From positions 1-44,834 of the forward strand of contig CAYZSX010000001.1 in assembly GCA_964481155.1 (NCBI GenBank): DNA of 44,834 bases. The letters run 5' to 3'. The translations under genes were made by a program, and so were the position numbers. The notes below the pieces were generated by a model that was not told where the DNA came from, did no database searches, and saw only the letters and a program-made list of their open reading frames with translations. Below, in pieces: positions 33,831 through 42,355 of this stretch. Source of the DNA: an uncultured Candidatus Saccharibacteria bacterium. GTDB lineage: Bacteria > Patescibacteriota > Minisyncoccia > Phycocordibacterales > UBA9973. Numbering within the stretch: the stretch's first letter is position 1; each line of letters opens with the position of its first letter.

Positions 33831-34745
33831 ATGTGGATTATACTCACACTTTCAGCCGTTGTTCTCTGGTCGTTTGTCAACATTGCCGACAACTATCTGG
33901 TAGAACGAAACAAAAAGTTCGGGCACCCGATCGGCGCACTCGTTATCTTTTCGAGCATATTTGGATTTGTCGGAGCGCTTGCGATATACCTTTTTAGTAA
34001 AGGATCGTTCGCTCTTCCTCCAAAAGAAATACTGATACTACTGATTGCAGGGCTCTGCAATGTCTCGTGGATCATCTTTTATCTCAAAGCGCTTCCTGAC
34101 GAAGATGTCTCAAGTGTGATCCCGTGGTTCTTGGCGGCACCGTTTTTTGGATACGTTTTGGGATACCTCTTTTTGGGTGAGCAGCTAACCGCGCAGCAAC
34201 TCTTTGGAGGTGTAGTCATTCTTGTTGGAGGTCTCCTTCTTTCGATTAAACACGGCCACGAAAGCGGGCGTGTTACTGTCCGATGGGGACTTATCCGCAA
34301 CATGGTTATCGCTTCATTTTTGATTGCGCTCTGGAGCGTGCTGTTCAAGTTTGTAGGAAGAGAAAGTGGATTTTGGGTATCATCGTTTTGGGAACATGTA
34401 GGACTTGGTATAGGAGGACTCATCATTATTTTGTTTATACCTGCATATCGAAAAGGATTTTCTGAGATTATGAAATCCGACGGGAAGCAAGTACTCGGCA
34501 TTAGCTTGTTTTCTGAATCTGCTACGATTATCGGTAACTTGCTTGCCAACTATGCAATCCTACTCGTGCCAGTGTCCGCAGTACTCCTCCTTGAAGTAGT
34601 GCAACCTGCGATTGTTTTTGTGCTGGGCATCGTCTTCACTGTATTTTTCCCATCTATATTGACCGAGGATATCTCCGCAAAAAACTTGCTTCAAAAGGGG
34701 GTCTCTATCGCAATTATGGTCGTAGGGGCAGTGCTGTTGGTATAG
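33831..34745 (+). CDS. EamA/DMT-family transporter
   Basis: About ten TM helices arranged as two similar halves, 304 aa. Confidence 0.75.
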   Translation: MWIILTLSAVVLWSFVNIADNYLVERNKKFGHPIGALVIFSSIFGFVGALAIYLFSKGSFALPPKEILILLIAGLCNVSWIIFYLKALPDEDVSSVIPWFLAAPFFGYVLGYLFLGEQLTAQQLFGGVVILVGGLLLSIKHGHESGRVTVRWGLIRNMVIASFLIALWSVLFKFVGRESGFWVSSFWEHVGLGIGGLIIILFIPAYRKGFSEIMKSDGKQVLGISLFSESATIIGNLLANYAILLVPVSAVLLLEVVQPAIVFVLGIVFTVFFPSILTEDISAKNLLQKGVSIAIMVVGAVLLV

Positions 34746-34763
34746 TACAGGCACATAGACACA

Positions 34764-34788
34764 AAGTATTGCATAAACAATACTTTTA
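34764..34788 (+). terminator. hairpin/terminator after the EamA transporter gene
   Basis: AAGTATTG-cataaa-CAATACTT followed by TTAT. Confidence 0.5.
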
Positions 34789-34797
34789 TGGTATAAT
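34789..34797 (+). promoter_or_regulatory. extended -10 TGGTATAAT for the DUF2156 gene
   Basis: Lies 6 nt upstream of ATG 34804 and follows a hairpin. Confidence 0.6.
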
Positions 34798-34803
34798 AAT
34801 ATT

Positions 34804-35709
34804 ATGGTACCAGAATTTCCCAAATTCAAAAAACTCGAACGCTCTGACAAAAAAGAGATTGAACGTGTCACCAAAGAGTTTCCTCCGTACTCTGATTTCA
34901 ACTTCGTAAGTCTTTGGTCATGGAACACAGCCAATAAAATCCGTATTAGCAAGCTCAATGACAACATTGTGATTCGCTTTTCTGATTATGTTACAGGCGA
35001 TGTGTTCCTTTCGTTTATCGGTAAAAACAAAGTCATTGAGACAGCGATAGAACTCATCACCTTTTCAAAGAAACGGTATGGTAAAAACTTTTTGAAGTTA
35101 GTCCCTGAAGAGCTTTCTTTGTACTTCAAATTTAAACATAGTCCATTTGTTGTACATTCTGATCGAGATGATGCCGATTATATGTACCTCAGTGAACATC
35201 TCGCAAGCATGAACAATTGGCAAAAAAGCTCTAAATCAAAAATGCTTAAAAAAACACTCCAAAGCGCTGGTCGCTATACCGTGACTACAAAACCAGTAGG
35301 GTCGATCGACAAAAAGCAATACCTATCTATGTTCCATACATGGTCAATGAGTAAACACGGAAGTGATGCATATGATCTCAACGAGTACCGAGCGTTTCGA
35401 CGCTTCCTCAAACTAGCCGACCCGCGAACAATCTGTATTTCTATCTACCGAGAAGGTGTTCTTGCTGCCTTTTCTATGTACGAAAAAATAAAACCATCAT
35501 ACGCAACAGCTCATTTTTCAAAAGCGCACACAGAAAAGTACCCTGGTTCATACGATTTGTTGATATGGGAAGAGGGGCGTATTTTCCATAAAAAAAATAT
35601 AAAAATTCTTAATTTTGAACAAGATCTTGGAATCCCCGGACTTCGATATGCCAAAGAAAAATATCGCCCGCTGTATTTGCTTAAAAAAATAACAGTTACC
35701 TTGCCTTAA
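34804..35709 (+). CDS. DUF2156-type protein (phosphatidylglycerol lysyltransferase C-terminal-like, tandem GNAT), standalone
   Basis: About 300 aa and soluble. The N-terminal pattern F..L...D...I.....E....SDFNFVSLWSW and the central DADYMYL...LA.M segment resemble DUF2156 proteins as I remember them. ATG lies 6 nt after TGGTATAAT. Confidence 0.65.
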   Translation: MVPEFPKFKKLERSDKKEIERVTKEFPPYSDFNFVSLWSWNTANKIRISKLNDNIVIRFSDYVTGDVFLSFIGKNKVIETAIELITFSKKRYGKNFLKLVPEELSLYFKFKHSPFVVHSDRDDADYMYLSEHLASMNNWQKSSKSKMLKKTLQSAGRYTVTTKPVGSIDKKQYLSMFHTWSMSKHGSDAYDLNEYRAFRRFLKLADPRTICISIYREGVLAAFSMYEKIKPSYATAHFSKAHTEKYPGSYDLLIWEEGRIFHKKNIKILNFEQDLGIPGLRYAKEKYRPLYLLKKITVTLP

Positions 35710-35734
35710 AATCTAGGATATACTACAAAATACG

Positions 35735-35860
35735 ATGAAAAACGTCATCAAAGGAGTCGTGATTGTATTAGTATTGTTAGGTATAGGGCTTACGTATTAC
35801 AAAACAATCATCCAAAAAAAATTTAATATTACCAACATATCAGAGCCTGTCCAGCAATAA
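35735..35860 (+). CDS. candidate 41-aa single-TM micro-protein
   Basis: My translation is MKNVIKGVVIVLVLLGIGLTYYKTIIQKKFNITNISEPVQQ. TATACT lies 10 nt upstream, and the stop (35858-35860) is 2 nt before the kinase ATG. Confidence 0.45.
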   Translation: MKNVIKGVVIVLVLLGIGLTYYKTIIQKKFNITNISEPVQQ

Positions 35861-35862
35861 AT

Positions 35863-37554
35863 ATGCTCTTTTCTCAATACAACCAACTCTTTTGTGGTAA
35901 CGAGTCGCATACATTCTTTTTGGGATTTATCGATTTTTCCGCTGCACCAAACCTATTGTTTTATTCATATGTACCAATTGCCGTTCTCACACTTTTGATT
36001 GGGTTTTTTATATACAAAAAAGATGGTAAATCCTTACATTCGCGACTTCTTTTTGCAATGACAGGGTTCTTCTTTTTGTGGGTAGTAAACATCCTAGCGC
36101 AATGGGTTGTGGCTCCTCATGCAGGAATCATGTTTGCCTGGGAACTGACAGCGCTGTTTGAGGTAGGCTTTTTCTTGACTTCGTTACGGTTTGCATATGT
36201 CTTTATAACAAAAAAAGATCTTTCACTCTGGTTGAAATCATTACTAGCGTTTTTATGGGTAGCGACCGCAGTACTACTACCTACTGTGCACAATATACGC
36301 TTGTATGACGTGACAAATTGTGAGGGTGTCTTGGGTACTATGTGGAACGTTATTTATGCAGTCGAACCAACGATTATTGCATTCATCGCTCTTATTGCAT
36401 TGTATGCACACCGCAAAGAGCAGTCTCTCGAACACAAAAAACAGATTACATTATTTGGTATCGGCATGGTGATCATGCTCACAACATTCTTTGTGTCAAA
36501 CTTTTACGGAGAACTCACGAGGGTGTACGAGTTCAACCTTTGGGGCCCTCTCGGGGTACTTATATTTTTTATCGTACTCGGCTACCTTGTAGTGAGATAC
36601 CATACGTTCAATATCAAACTTTTTGGTACGCAAGCGCTCGTATTTTTGATTGCGATTTTTATCGGAGCAAAATTCTTTTATACGACAAATCCTGCCGATA
36701 TTGCACTCAACACCGCGACACTTATTGCGTTTTTGGTTAGTGGATTGTTTCTCGTACGATCGGTTCGTGCCGAAATCCAACAAAAAAACAAGCTCCAAGA
36801 ACTCGCTGACCAACTCGAACAATCAAACGAAAACCTCGAGCATGCCAACGAAAAGCTCCAGAGTGTCGACAAGCTCAAGACCGAGTTTCTCTCACTCGCA
36901 TCGCACCAGCTCCGTACGCCACTCACTGCGATCAAAGGATACTCGTCGATGCTTGTAGAGGGATCATTTGGCAAGCTTGGTGAAAAAGTAGAAGAGCCGG
37001 TCAAACGTATCTATACCTCAGCACAAGGACTCGTCAGTATCGTCGAAGACCTCCTCAACGTCTCCAAGATCGAACAGGGAGGTATGAAGTATGAAATCAT
37101 GTCGACCGACCTTGTCCCGCTCGTACAAAGCCTATACAACGAAATGCAGATCCCTGCGCAGAGCAAAAACATCATCTTTACACTCGATGTCCCCAAAGAA
37201 AAAATCATTGCAAATGTCGATCCTACCAAAATCAAGCAAGTATTTCTCAACCTCACTGACAACAGTATCAAGTACACACAAACAGGTGGTACGATCACTG
37301 TATCACTCAAACGACTTGACGATACGATCGAGTTTGCAGTCAAAGACAATGGTGTCGGTATCTCTCCTGAAACAAAAGCGAAGCTCTTTGGTAAGTTTGC
37401 TCGTGGCGAAGGTGGCAAACTCAATACCGGCGGAAGCGGTCTCGGACTCTATCTTGCGCAACAGATTGCTCGCGCGCACAAAGGTGATATCGTCATCGAA
37501 AGTGAAGGCTTAGGCAAAGGATCAACCTTCAAGGTAGTACTGCCTGCGATGTAG
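35863..37554 (+). CDS. sensor histidine kinase with an N-terminal multi-TM (7TM-type) sensor domain
   Basis: About seven TM helices, a coiled coil, H-box LSLASHQLRTPLTAIKGY, N-box LTDNSIKYT, G1 DNGVGI and G2 GGSGLGLYLA. No response regulator is present in the window. Confidence 0.9.
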   Translation: MLFSQYNQLFCGNESHTFFLGFIDFSAAPNLLFYSYVPIAVLTLLIGFFIYKKDGKSLHSRLLFAMTGFFFLWVVNILAQWVVAPHAGIMFAWELTALFEVGFFLTSLRFAYVFITKKDLSLWLKSLLAFLWVATAVLLPTVHNIRLYDVTNCEGVLGTMWNVIYAVEPTIIAFIALIALYAHRKEQSLEHKKQITLFGIGMVIMLTTFFVSNFYGELTRVYEFNLWGPLGVLIFFIVLGYLVVRYHTFNIKLFGTQALVFLIAIFIGAKFFYTTNPADIALNTATLIAFLVSGLFLVRSVRAEIQQKNKLQELADQLEQSNENLEHANEKLQSVDKLKTEFLSLASHQLRTPLTAIKGYSSMLVEGSFGKLGEKVEEPVKRIYTSAQGLVSIVEDLLNVSKIEQGGMKYEIMSTDLVPLVQSLYNEMQIPAQSKNIIFTLDVPKEKIIANVDPTKIKQVFLNLTDNSIKYTQTGGTITVSLKRLDDTIEFAVKDNGVGISPETKAKLFGKFARGEGGKLNTGGSGLGLYLAQQIARAHKGDIVIESEGLGKGSTFKVVLPAM

Positions 37555-38931
37555 TTAGCGAAGCTCTGTACCAGTAGGAGTATCGAGGACTTCATAGCCG
37601 AGTGACTCGAGTTTGACTCGTAACTCATCAGAGAGGGCATAGTTGCGATCAGTGCGAGCCTTGTCGCGGATACTGATGATCTCCTGGAGTTCTGGACTGA
37701 TCGTAAACGCCGGTACATCAGCAAGCCCGAGACCAAGCACTCGGTCCATATCAAGGAGTGTCGCCATGCGATCACTATCGGATACAGCAGTATCTGCTAT
37801 GAGCTCCCATACGAGAGCGAGCGCTCGGGCAGTGTTGAGATCATCACAGAGCGCTTCCGCAAAGCGGGTGCGGTATGTCTGATCGACAGCACCGAGCGGA
37901 TGCTTGCGAGAAGCAAACCGTATGAGTTTGGTAAGCGCAGTATCAGCGCTTGCGAGGGCTTCCCAGGTGAAGTTGAGCGGTTTGCGATAGCTCGCTGACA
38001 TGACCATGAGACGGACTGCGAGTGGATTGATCCGCTGCTTGTGGATGTCATCGACAGTGTAAAAGTTGCCTTTACTTTTGGACATCTTTTCACCATCAAC
38101 CGTGAGGAAGTCGTGGTGCACCCAGTATCTGACAAATTGGTGTCCTGTAGCACACTCACTTTGGGCGATCTCGTTTTCATGATGGACAGGGATGTGATCG
38201 ACACCACCAGTATGGATATCGATCGTCTCTCCGAGGTACTGCATGCTCATCGCACTACACTCGATGTGCCATCCTGGGAAGCCGTCGCCCCATGGGCTAT
38301 GCCAGTACATACTGTGCTGTGCAAACTTTCCCACACGTTTAAACCAGAGCACAAAGTCTGCTGGATGACGCTTGTCTGTATCGATGACCACATCGCTCCG
38401 TGCAGCGGTGATCTTGTCTGCGAGCGGTTGACCAGAGAGTGACCCGTAGTCAGGATCTCGAGATACATCAAAGTAGACCGCAGTATCTGTTTCGTATGCA
38501 AAACCTTTGGCAAGGAGCGTCTCAACAAGTGCAATCATCTCATCGATATGGTCGGTTGCGTTTGCTTCTATCGTTGGCGGCACAACGTTGACGGCTGCCA
38601 TACTCTTGTGAAAATAGTCCGTGTAGTACTTGGCAATCTCCCACACACTTTTGCCTTCGAGAGATGCCTTTTTTTCAAATTTGTCATCGCCTGTATCGGC
38701 ATCGTCGGTGAGGTGTCCAACATCGGTGATGTTCATCACATGCTTGACGTCATATCCGATATACGAGAGTGTGCGGCGCAAGATATCATCACCAATGTAT
38801 TTGCGTAGGTGTCCGATATGAGTGTAGTCGTATACAGTCGGACCACAGGCATACATGGTGACCACTGGTGGGTTGAGAGGGACAAAGTCTTGGATACTCC
38901 GAGTATGTGTATTGTACAAACGAAGAGACAT
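37555..38931 (-). CDS. cysS: cysteine--tRNA ligase
   Basis: Class I HIGH motif (THIGHLR), KMSKS and the zinc-binding Cys/His pattern. The gene follows corA after a 1-nt gap. Confidence 0.93.
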   Translation of the reverse strand: MSLRLYNTHTRSIQDFVPLNPPVVTMYACGPTVYDYTHIGHLRKYIGDDILRRTLSYIGYDVKHVMNITDVGHLTDDADTGDDKFEKKASLEGKSVWEIAKYYTDYFHKSMAAVNVVPPTIEANATDHIDEMIALVETLLAKGFAYETDTAVYFDVSRDPDYGSLSGQPLADKITAARSDVVIDTDKRHPADFVLWFKRVGKFAQHSMYWHSPWGDGFPGWHIECSAMSMQYLGETIDIHTGGVDHIPVHHENEIAQSECATGHQFVRYWVHHDFLTVDGEKMSKSKGNFYTVDDIHKQRINPLAVRLMVMSASYRKPLNFTWEALASADTALTKLIRFASRKHPLGAVDQTYRTRFAEALCDDLNTARALALVWELIADTAVSDSDRMATLLDMDRVLGLGLADVPAFTISPELQEIISIRDKARTDRNYALSDELRVKLESLGYEVLDTPTGTELR

Positions 38932-38932
38932 G

Positions 38933-39850
38933 TTAAATCCAGCGTTTAAACTTGAAAAAGATGAACAGCACTGCTCCGGTGAGCACCATAGCGCCGATCA
39001 CAAAGAGAAATTCACTCATACCTTTGATAAAGATGAGATCATCAGAAGTGTTCATCCCAAATATACCGGTGATGAGGCCGAGTGGAAGCATCACAAACGT
39101 CATAATGGTGAAGTTTTTCATGATTTCGTTTGATTTACTCGAAAGAAGCGCTTCGTTGGTACGCTGAAGCTCATCGACGATATCACGGTGCGCTTCAAGG
39201 AGCGAGTTGACCTTTTTGAATTCACTCGTGATCACTTCGGCATAGTACATGTATTCGTCACCAAAGAGCCTACGACTCGCGGATTCGTATGAGCTCAATA
39301 CTTCGCCATGAAATCTGATCGCTTGTTTGAAATCAAGTAGTTTGCGAGAGATACGAGAGATATCGCGCACGATCGACGTGTGCTGATCGGTAAAGATACG
39401 GTCTTCGATCTCGCGCAGTACTGTCGTCATGTCTTCGAGTTCACGAAGTGACTTTTTGTAAAACGACTTGATCATCTGCATAAAGATGATACCGCCATGC
39501 GCATCAGGGAGACGGTCGGTGTGCATCGTCTGGCGTTCAAAAATCTTTGAAAACTCTTGCACCGGTTCGACAAGCTCGTATCTGGTTGTGATGAGGAAGT
39601 CTTTGCCGATGATAAAGTCGACTTCTTGATCGCTGTTTTTGGGTGCACCAGGGCTGATAACAGGGAAGTGCAGTACGAGGTAGAGAAACTGTGGGTACAG
39701 GTCTACCTTGGAGCGCAGCGTGCTCTCAACCATCTCTTGACGAACAAATCCAGGTATTGCAAACTCTTCACCAATGAGATCAAGCTCATCTTTGGTCGGA
39801 GACTCGAGGTCGATCCAGGTGAGTCCATGGGCGCTGTACCGAGAAATCAT
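38933..39850 (-). CDS. corA: CorA-family magnesium/cobalt transporter
   Basis: Two C-terminal TM helices with the signature GMN (GIFGMNTS). ATG lies 6 nt after TGATACAAT. Confidence 0.88.
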   Translation of the reverse strand: MISRYSAHGLTWIDLESPTKDELDLIGEEFAIPGFVRQEMVESTLRSKVDLYPQFLYLVLHFPVISPGAPKNSDQEVDFIIGKDFLITTRYELVEPVQEFSKIFERQTMHTDRLPDAHGGIIFMQMIKSFYKKSLRELEDMTTVLREIEDRIFTDQHTSIVRDISRISRKLLDFKQAIRFHGEVLSSYESASRRLFGDEYMYYAEVITSEFKKVNSLLEAHRDIVDELQRTNEALLSSKSNEIMKNFTIMTFVMLPLGLITGIFGMNTSDDLIFIKGMSEFLFVIGAMVLTGAVLFIFFKFKRWI

Positions 39851-39856
39851 GGCTTT

Positions 39857-39865
39857 ATTGTATCA
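39857..39865 (-). promoter_or_regulatory. extended -10 TGATACAAT for corA-cysS
   Basis: Lies 6 nt upstream of ATG 39850. Confidence 0.55.
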
Positions 39866-39868
39866 CAC

Positions 39869-39896
39869 TTGCAAAACTGTCTAAAATAGGTATACT
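39869..39896 (+). promoter_or_regulatory. sigma70-type promoter for rplU
   Basis: -35 TTGCAA (39869-39874), a 16-nt spacer, and -10 TATACT (39891-39896). ATG lies 17 nt downstream. Confidence 0.5.
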
Positions 39897-39913
39897 GTAC
39901 CTCTATAACGCTT

Positions 39914-40285
39914 ATGGCAACCGCAAAGAAACCAGTCGCAAAAAAGACCACCAAACCAGCTCAGACTGGGGAGTTTGCAGTGATCGCAACTGGTGGCAAG
40001 CAGTACGAGGTTGCTGTCGGTACTACTATCACTATCGAGAAGCTCGCTGGTGAGCACAAAAAGGGAGACTCTGTGACTTTTGATCAGGTACTTCTCAAAG
40101 AAAACGGTTCTGAAACGATCATCGGTACCCCATACATCACTGGTGCATCAGTAACTGGCGAGATAACGACGATCGGCCGCGCAGCAAAGGTAACCGTCCT
40201 CAAATACAAGCAAAAGTCTCGCTACCTCAAGAAAAACGGCCACCGCCAGCCATACTTCAAAGTAACAATCACTGCTATTAAATAA
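39914..40285 (+). CDS. rplU: 50S ribosomal protein L21 with a K/A/P-rich N-terminal extension
   Basis: FAVIATGGKQYEV, a C-terminal GHRQPYFKV segment, and about 20 extra residues (MATAKKPVAKKTTKPAQTGE). Confidence 0.9.
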   Translation: MATAKKPVAKKTTKPAQTGEFAVIATGGKQYEVAVGTTITIEKLAGEHKKGDSVTFDQVLLKENGSETIIGTPYITGASVTGEITTIGRAAKVTVLKYKQKSRYLKKNGHRQPYFKVTITAIK

Positions 40286-40312
40286 AAAACCCTCAAACGA
40301 GGGATTTTTTAT
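40285..40312. terminator. bidirectional terminator between convergent rplU and recR
   Basis: AAAAAA-CCCTC-aaac-GAGGG-ATTTTTT. A-runs and T-runs lie on both sides of the stem. Confidence 0.7.
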
Positions 40313-40902
40313 TCACGTTTTTTGAGTGAGGCGTTGAGTGAGATAGGATCAGCGTACTCAAGCTCAGTACCGGTTGAAAGGCCTCGGCCGAGACTTGAGA
40401 TACTGACAGCGTATGGAGCAAGGGCTTCGCGGACGACCGCGTCGGTATGCTCTCCGTTGGGAGTGAGCGGAAATGCAAGGATGACTTCATACGGATTGCG
40501 TGATTCTATCTCTACCCGCTGTTTGAGCTCGGCGATGTGAGTGCCTGCGAGTACACTCTTTTGGACTATAGGGATAAGCCCTCCAAGCACAAAAAAGAGT
40601 CCGTGGTAGTCTGTGTGGGCAAAGCTATCGATATCTTGGCTTTTTTCGACAACGAGAAGCTGTGAAGCATCTCGGGTACTGTCACTACAGATAGCGCACA
40701 GCGCCCCTGATCCTTCAAACACACGCAAACACTTGGTACATGTGTGCGCACGAGCACGCGCATCGAGGAGCGCTTTGGCAAGGCTCTCTACATACTGCGG
40801 CTGCTGCGTGAGGACAAAGTATGCAAACCGTGCCGCTTGTCTACGGCCGATACCGGGGAACTTGAGAAATAGTTGTGCGAGTCGCTCGAGCTCTTGCTGC
40901 AT
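40309..40902 (-). CDS. recR: recombination protein RecR
   Basis: N-terminal HhH (LPGIG-like FPGIGRRQA), a C4 zinc finger (CTKC...CAIC) and a Toprim domain. Confidence 0.92.
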   Translation of the reverse strand: MQQELERLAQLFLKFPGIGRRQAARFAYFVLTQQPQYVESLAKALLDARARAHTCTKCLRVFEGSGALCAICSDSTRDASQLLVVEKSQDIDSFAHTDYHGLFFVLGGLIPIVQKSVLAGTHIAELKQRVEIESRNPYEVILAFPLTPNGEHTDAVVREALAPYAVSISSLGRGLSTGTELEYADPISLNASLKKRE

Positions 40903-40911
40903 AGAAAAGTA

Positions 40912-42294
40912 TTAGAAATCATCAAACGATACCTTTTTGGGAGCATCGATACTCGCGTGTGTTTTGTCGATCGAGAGGAACGAGGTGGTTTTGCCATCAA
41001 AGAGAAGCTGCACCGAACCGACCGCACCGTTACGGTGCTTTTCGACGAGGATGTCGGCGATACCGTCTTTTTCGTCTTTGTACCTATCATCACGATGGAT
41101 AAATATCACGAGATCGGCGTCTTGCTCGATACTACCGGAATCTCGCAGGTCTGAGAGGCGAGGCTTGCCGCCACGACTTTCGACTGCACGAGAGAGCTGT
41201 GAAAGCGCAAGGACCGGGACCTCAAGCTCACGAGCGAGTTGCTTGAGCGAGCGAGAAATCTCAGTGACTTGGTTGACCATACTGTCGTAGTTTTTGCTTG
41301 TGGACATGAGCTGGAGGTAGTCGACGACGATGAGTCCAAGTCCGTGTTCAGCTTTGAGGCGGCGCGCCACCGAGCGCATCTTTACAATAGAGTTGCCGGC
41401 TTGATCATCGATATAGATCGGCGCCTTCTGGAGGCGAGACGCCGCCTCTTGTAGCGTCGTAAAGTGCTGATTGGTCAGCCCATGTCCAGTACGGATACTC
41501 CATGCATCGACTCGACTCTCTGCCGAGAGCATACGCTGCACGAGCTGCTGAGCGCTCATCTCAAGTGAAAATATACCGACCGGGACACCCGAGAGTGCGA
41601 CGTTGCGCGCGATATCGAGCGCAAACGTCGTCTTACCCATACTTGGTCGCGCTGCCAGGATGATGAGGTCACTCTTTTGGAGTCCAGCGAGCATGTTGTC
41701 GAGGTCTGGGAACCCAGTCGGGACACCACGAAGCTCATCTTTGTGCTCGCGCAGGTGTTCGATCTGCTCCACAGTCTCGATGAGTGACTGCTTGATCGAG
41801 ACAAATGCGTTTTTGGTCTGGACACCAGATGAGATCTTGAAAATACTCTTTTCTGCAGCATCGAGGACTTCAGTTGCGGGCATATCGTTTTCTTCGTACG
41901 CGAGTGTCGCGATAGACTCTGATGCATCGATGAGTGACCTTAGGATGTACTTTTTGTACACGATATCGGCATAGTGACGGATGTTGACGGTCGAAGGCAC
42001 GTTGCTCATGAGTTCGCTCAGGTAGGTGTTGCCGCCGATATCAGCGAGCTGTTTCTTTTCTTTGAGCGCATTGGCGATCGAGAGGACATCGATGGGTTCG
42101 TTTTTCATCGAGAGCTCAAGGATCATCTTGAAGATAATCGCGTGCTTTTTGGCATAAAACATGTCCGGCGCAAGGAGATCCACGATCTCGTGAATCGCAG
42201 CTGGGCGGAGCATAAGCGCGCCGAGCACCGCTTGCTCTGACTCGAGGTTGTGAGGCGGCACGCGCAGATGAGAGAGACTTTGAGCCTTTTGCAT
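40912..42294 (-). CDS. dnaB: replicative DNA helicase DnaB
   Basis: PPHNLESEQAVLG at the N-terminus, Walker A ARPSMGKTTFAL, Walker B VVDYLQLM and an arginine-finger region. ATG lies 6 nt after TGGTACAAT. Confidence 0.95.
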   Translation of the reverse strand: MQKAQSLSHLRVPPHNLESEQAVLGALMLRPAAIHEIVDLLAPDMFYAKKHAIIFKMILELSMKNEPIDVLSIANALKEKKQLADIGGNTYLSELMSNVPSTVNIRHYADIVYKKYILRSLIDASESIATLAYEENDMPATEVLDAAEKSIFKISSGVQTKNAFVSIKQSLIETVEQIEHLREHKDELRGVPTGFPDLDNMLAGLQKSDLIILAARPSMGKTTFALDIARNVALSGVPVGIFSLEMSAQQLVQRMLSAESRVDAWSIRTGHGLTNQHFTTLQEAASRLQKAPIYIDDQAGNSIVKMRSVARRLKAEHGLGLIVVDYLQLMSTSKNYDSMVNQVTEISRSLKQLARELEVPVLALSQLSRAVESRGGKPRLSDLRDSGSIEQDADLVIFIHRDDRYKDEKDGIADILVEKHRNGAVGSVQLLFDGKTTSFLSIDKTHASIDAPKKVSFDDF

Positions 42295-42300
42295 AGAGTG

Positions 42301-42309
42301 ATTGTACCA
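42301..42309 (-). promoter_or_regulatory. extended -10 TGGTACAAT for dnaB-recR
   Basis: Lies 6 nt upstream of ATG 42294. Confidence 0.55.
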
Positions 42310-42340
42310 CCTCGCTCAACTATTAAAAATCCACCATTTT

Positions 42341-42349
42341 TGGTACTAT
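42341..42349 (+). promoter_or_regulatory. extended -10 TGGTACTAT for trpS
   Basis: Lies 6 nt upstream of ATG 42356. Confidence 0.55.
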
Positions 42350-42355
42350 ATGCAC

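Noticed and set aside
33831-33842. DnaA-box-like TGTGGATTA at the start of the EamA gene, as a possible oriC signal.
   Set aside because: It is a single imperfect box (one mismatch to TGTGGATAA) inside a coding start. There is no cluster of boxes, AT-rich unwinding element or dnaA/dnaN nearby.
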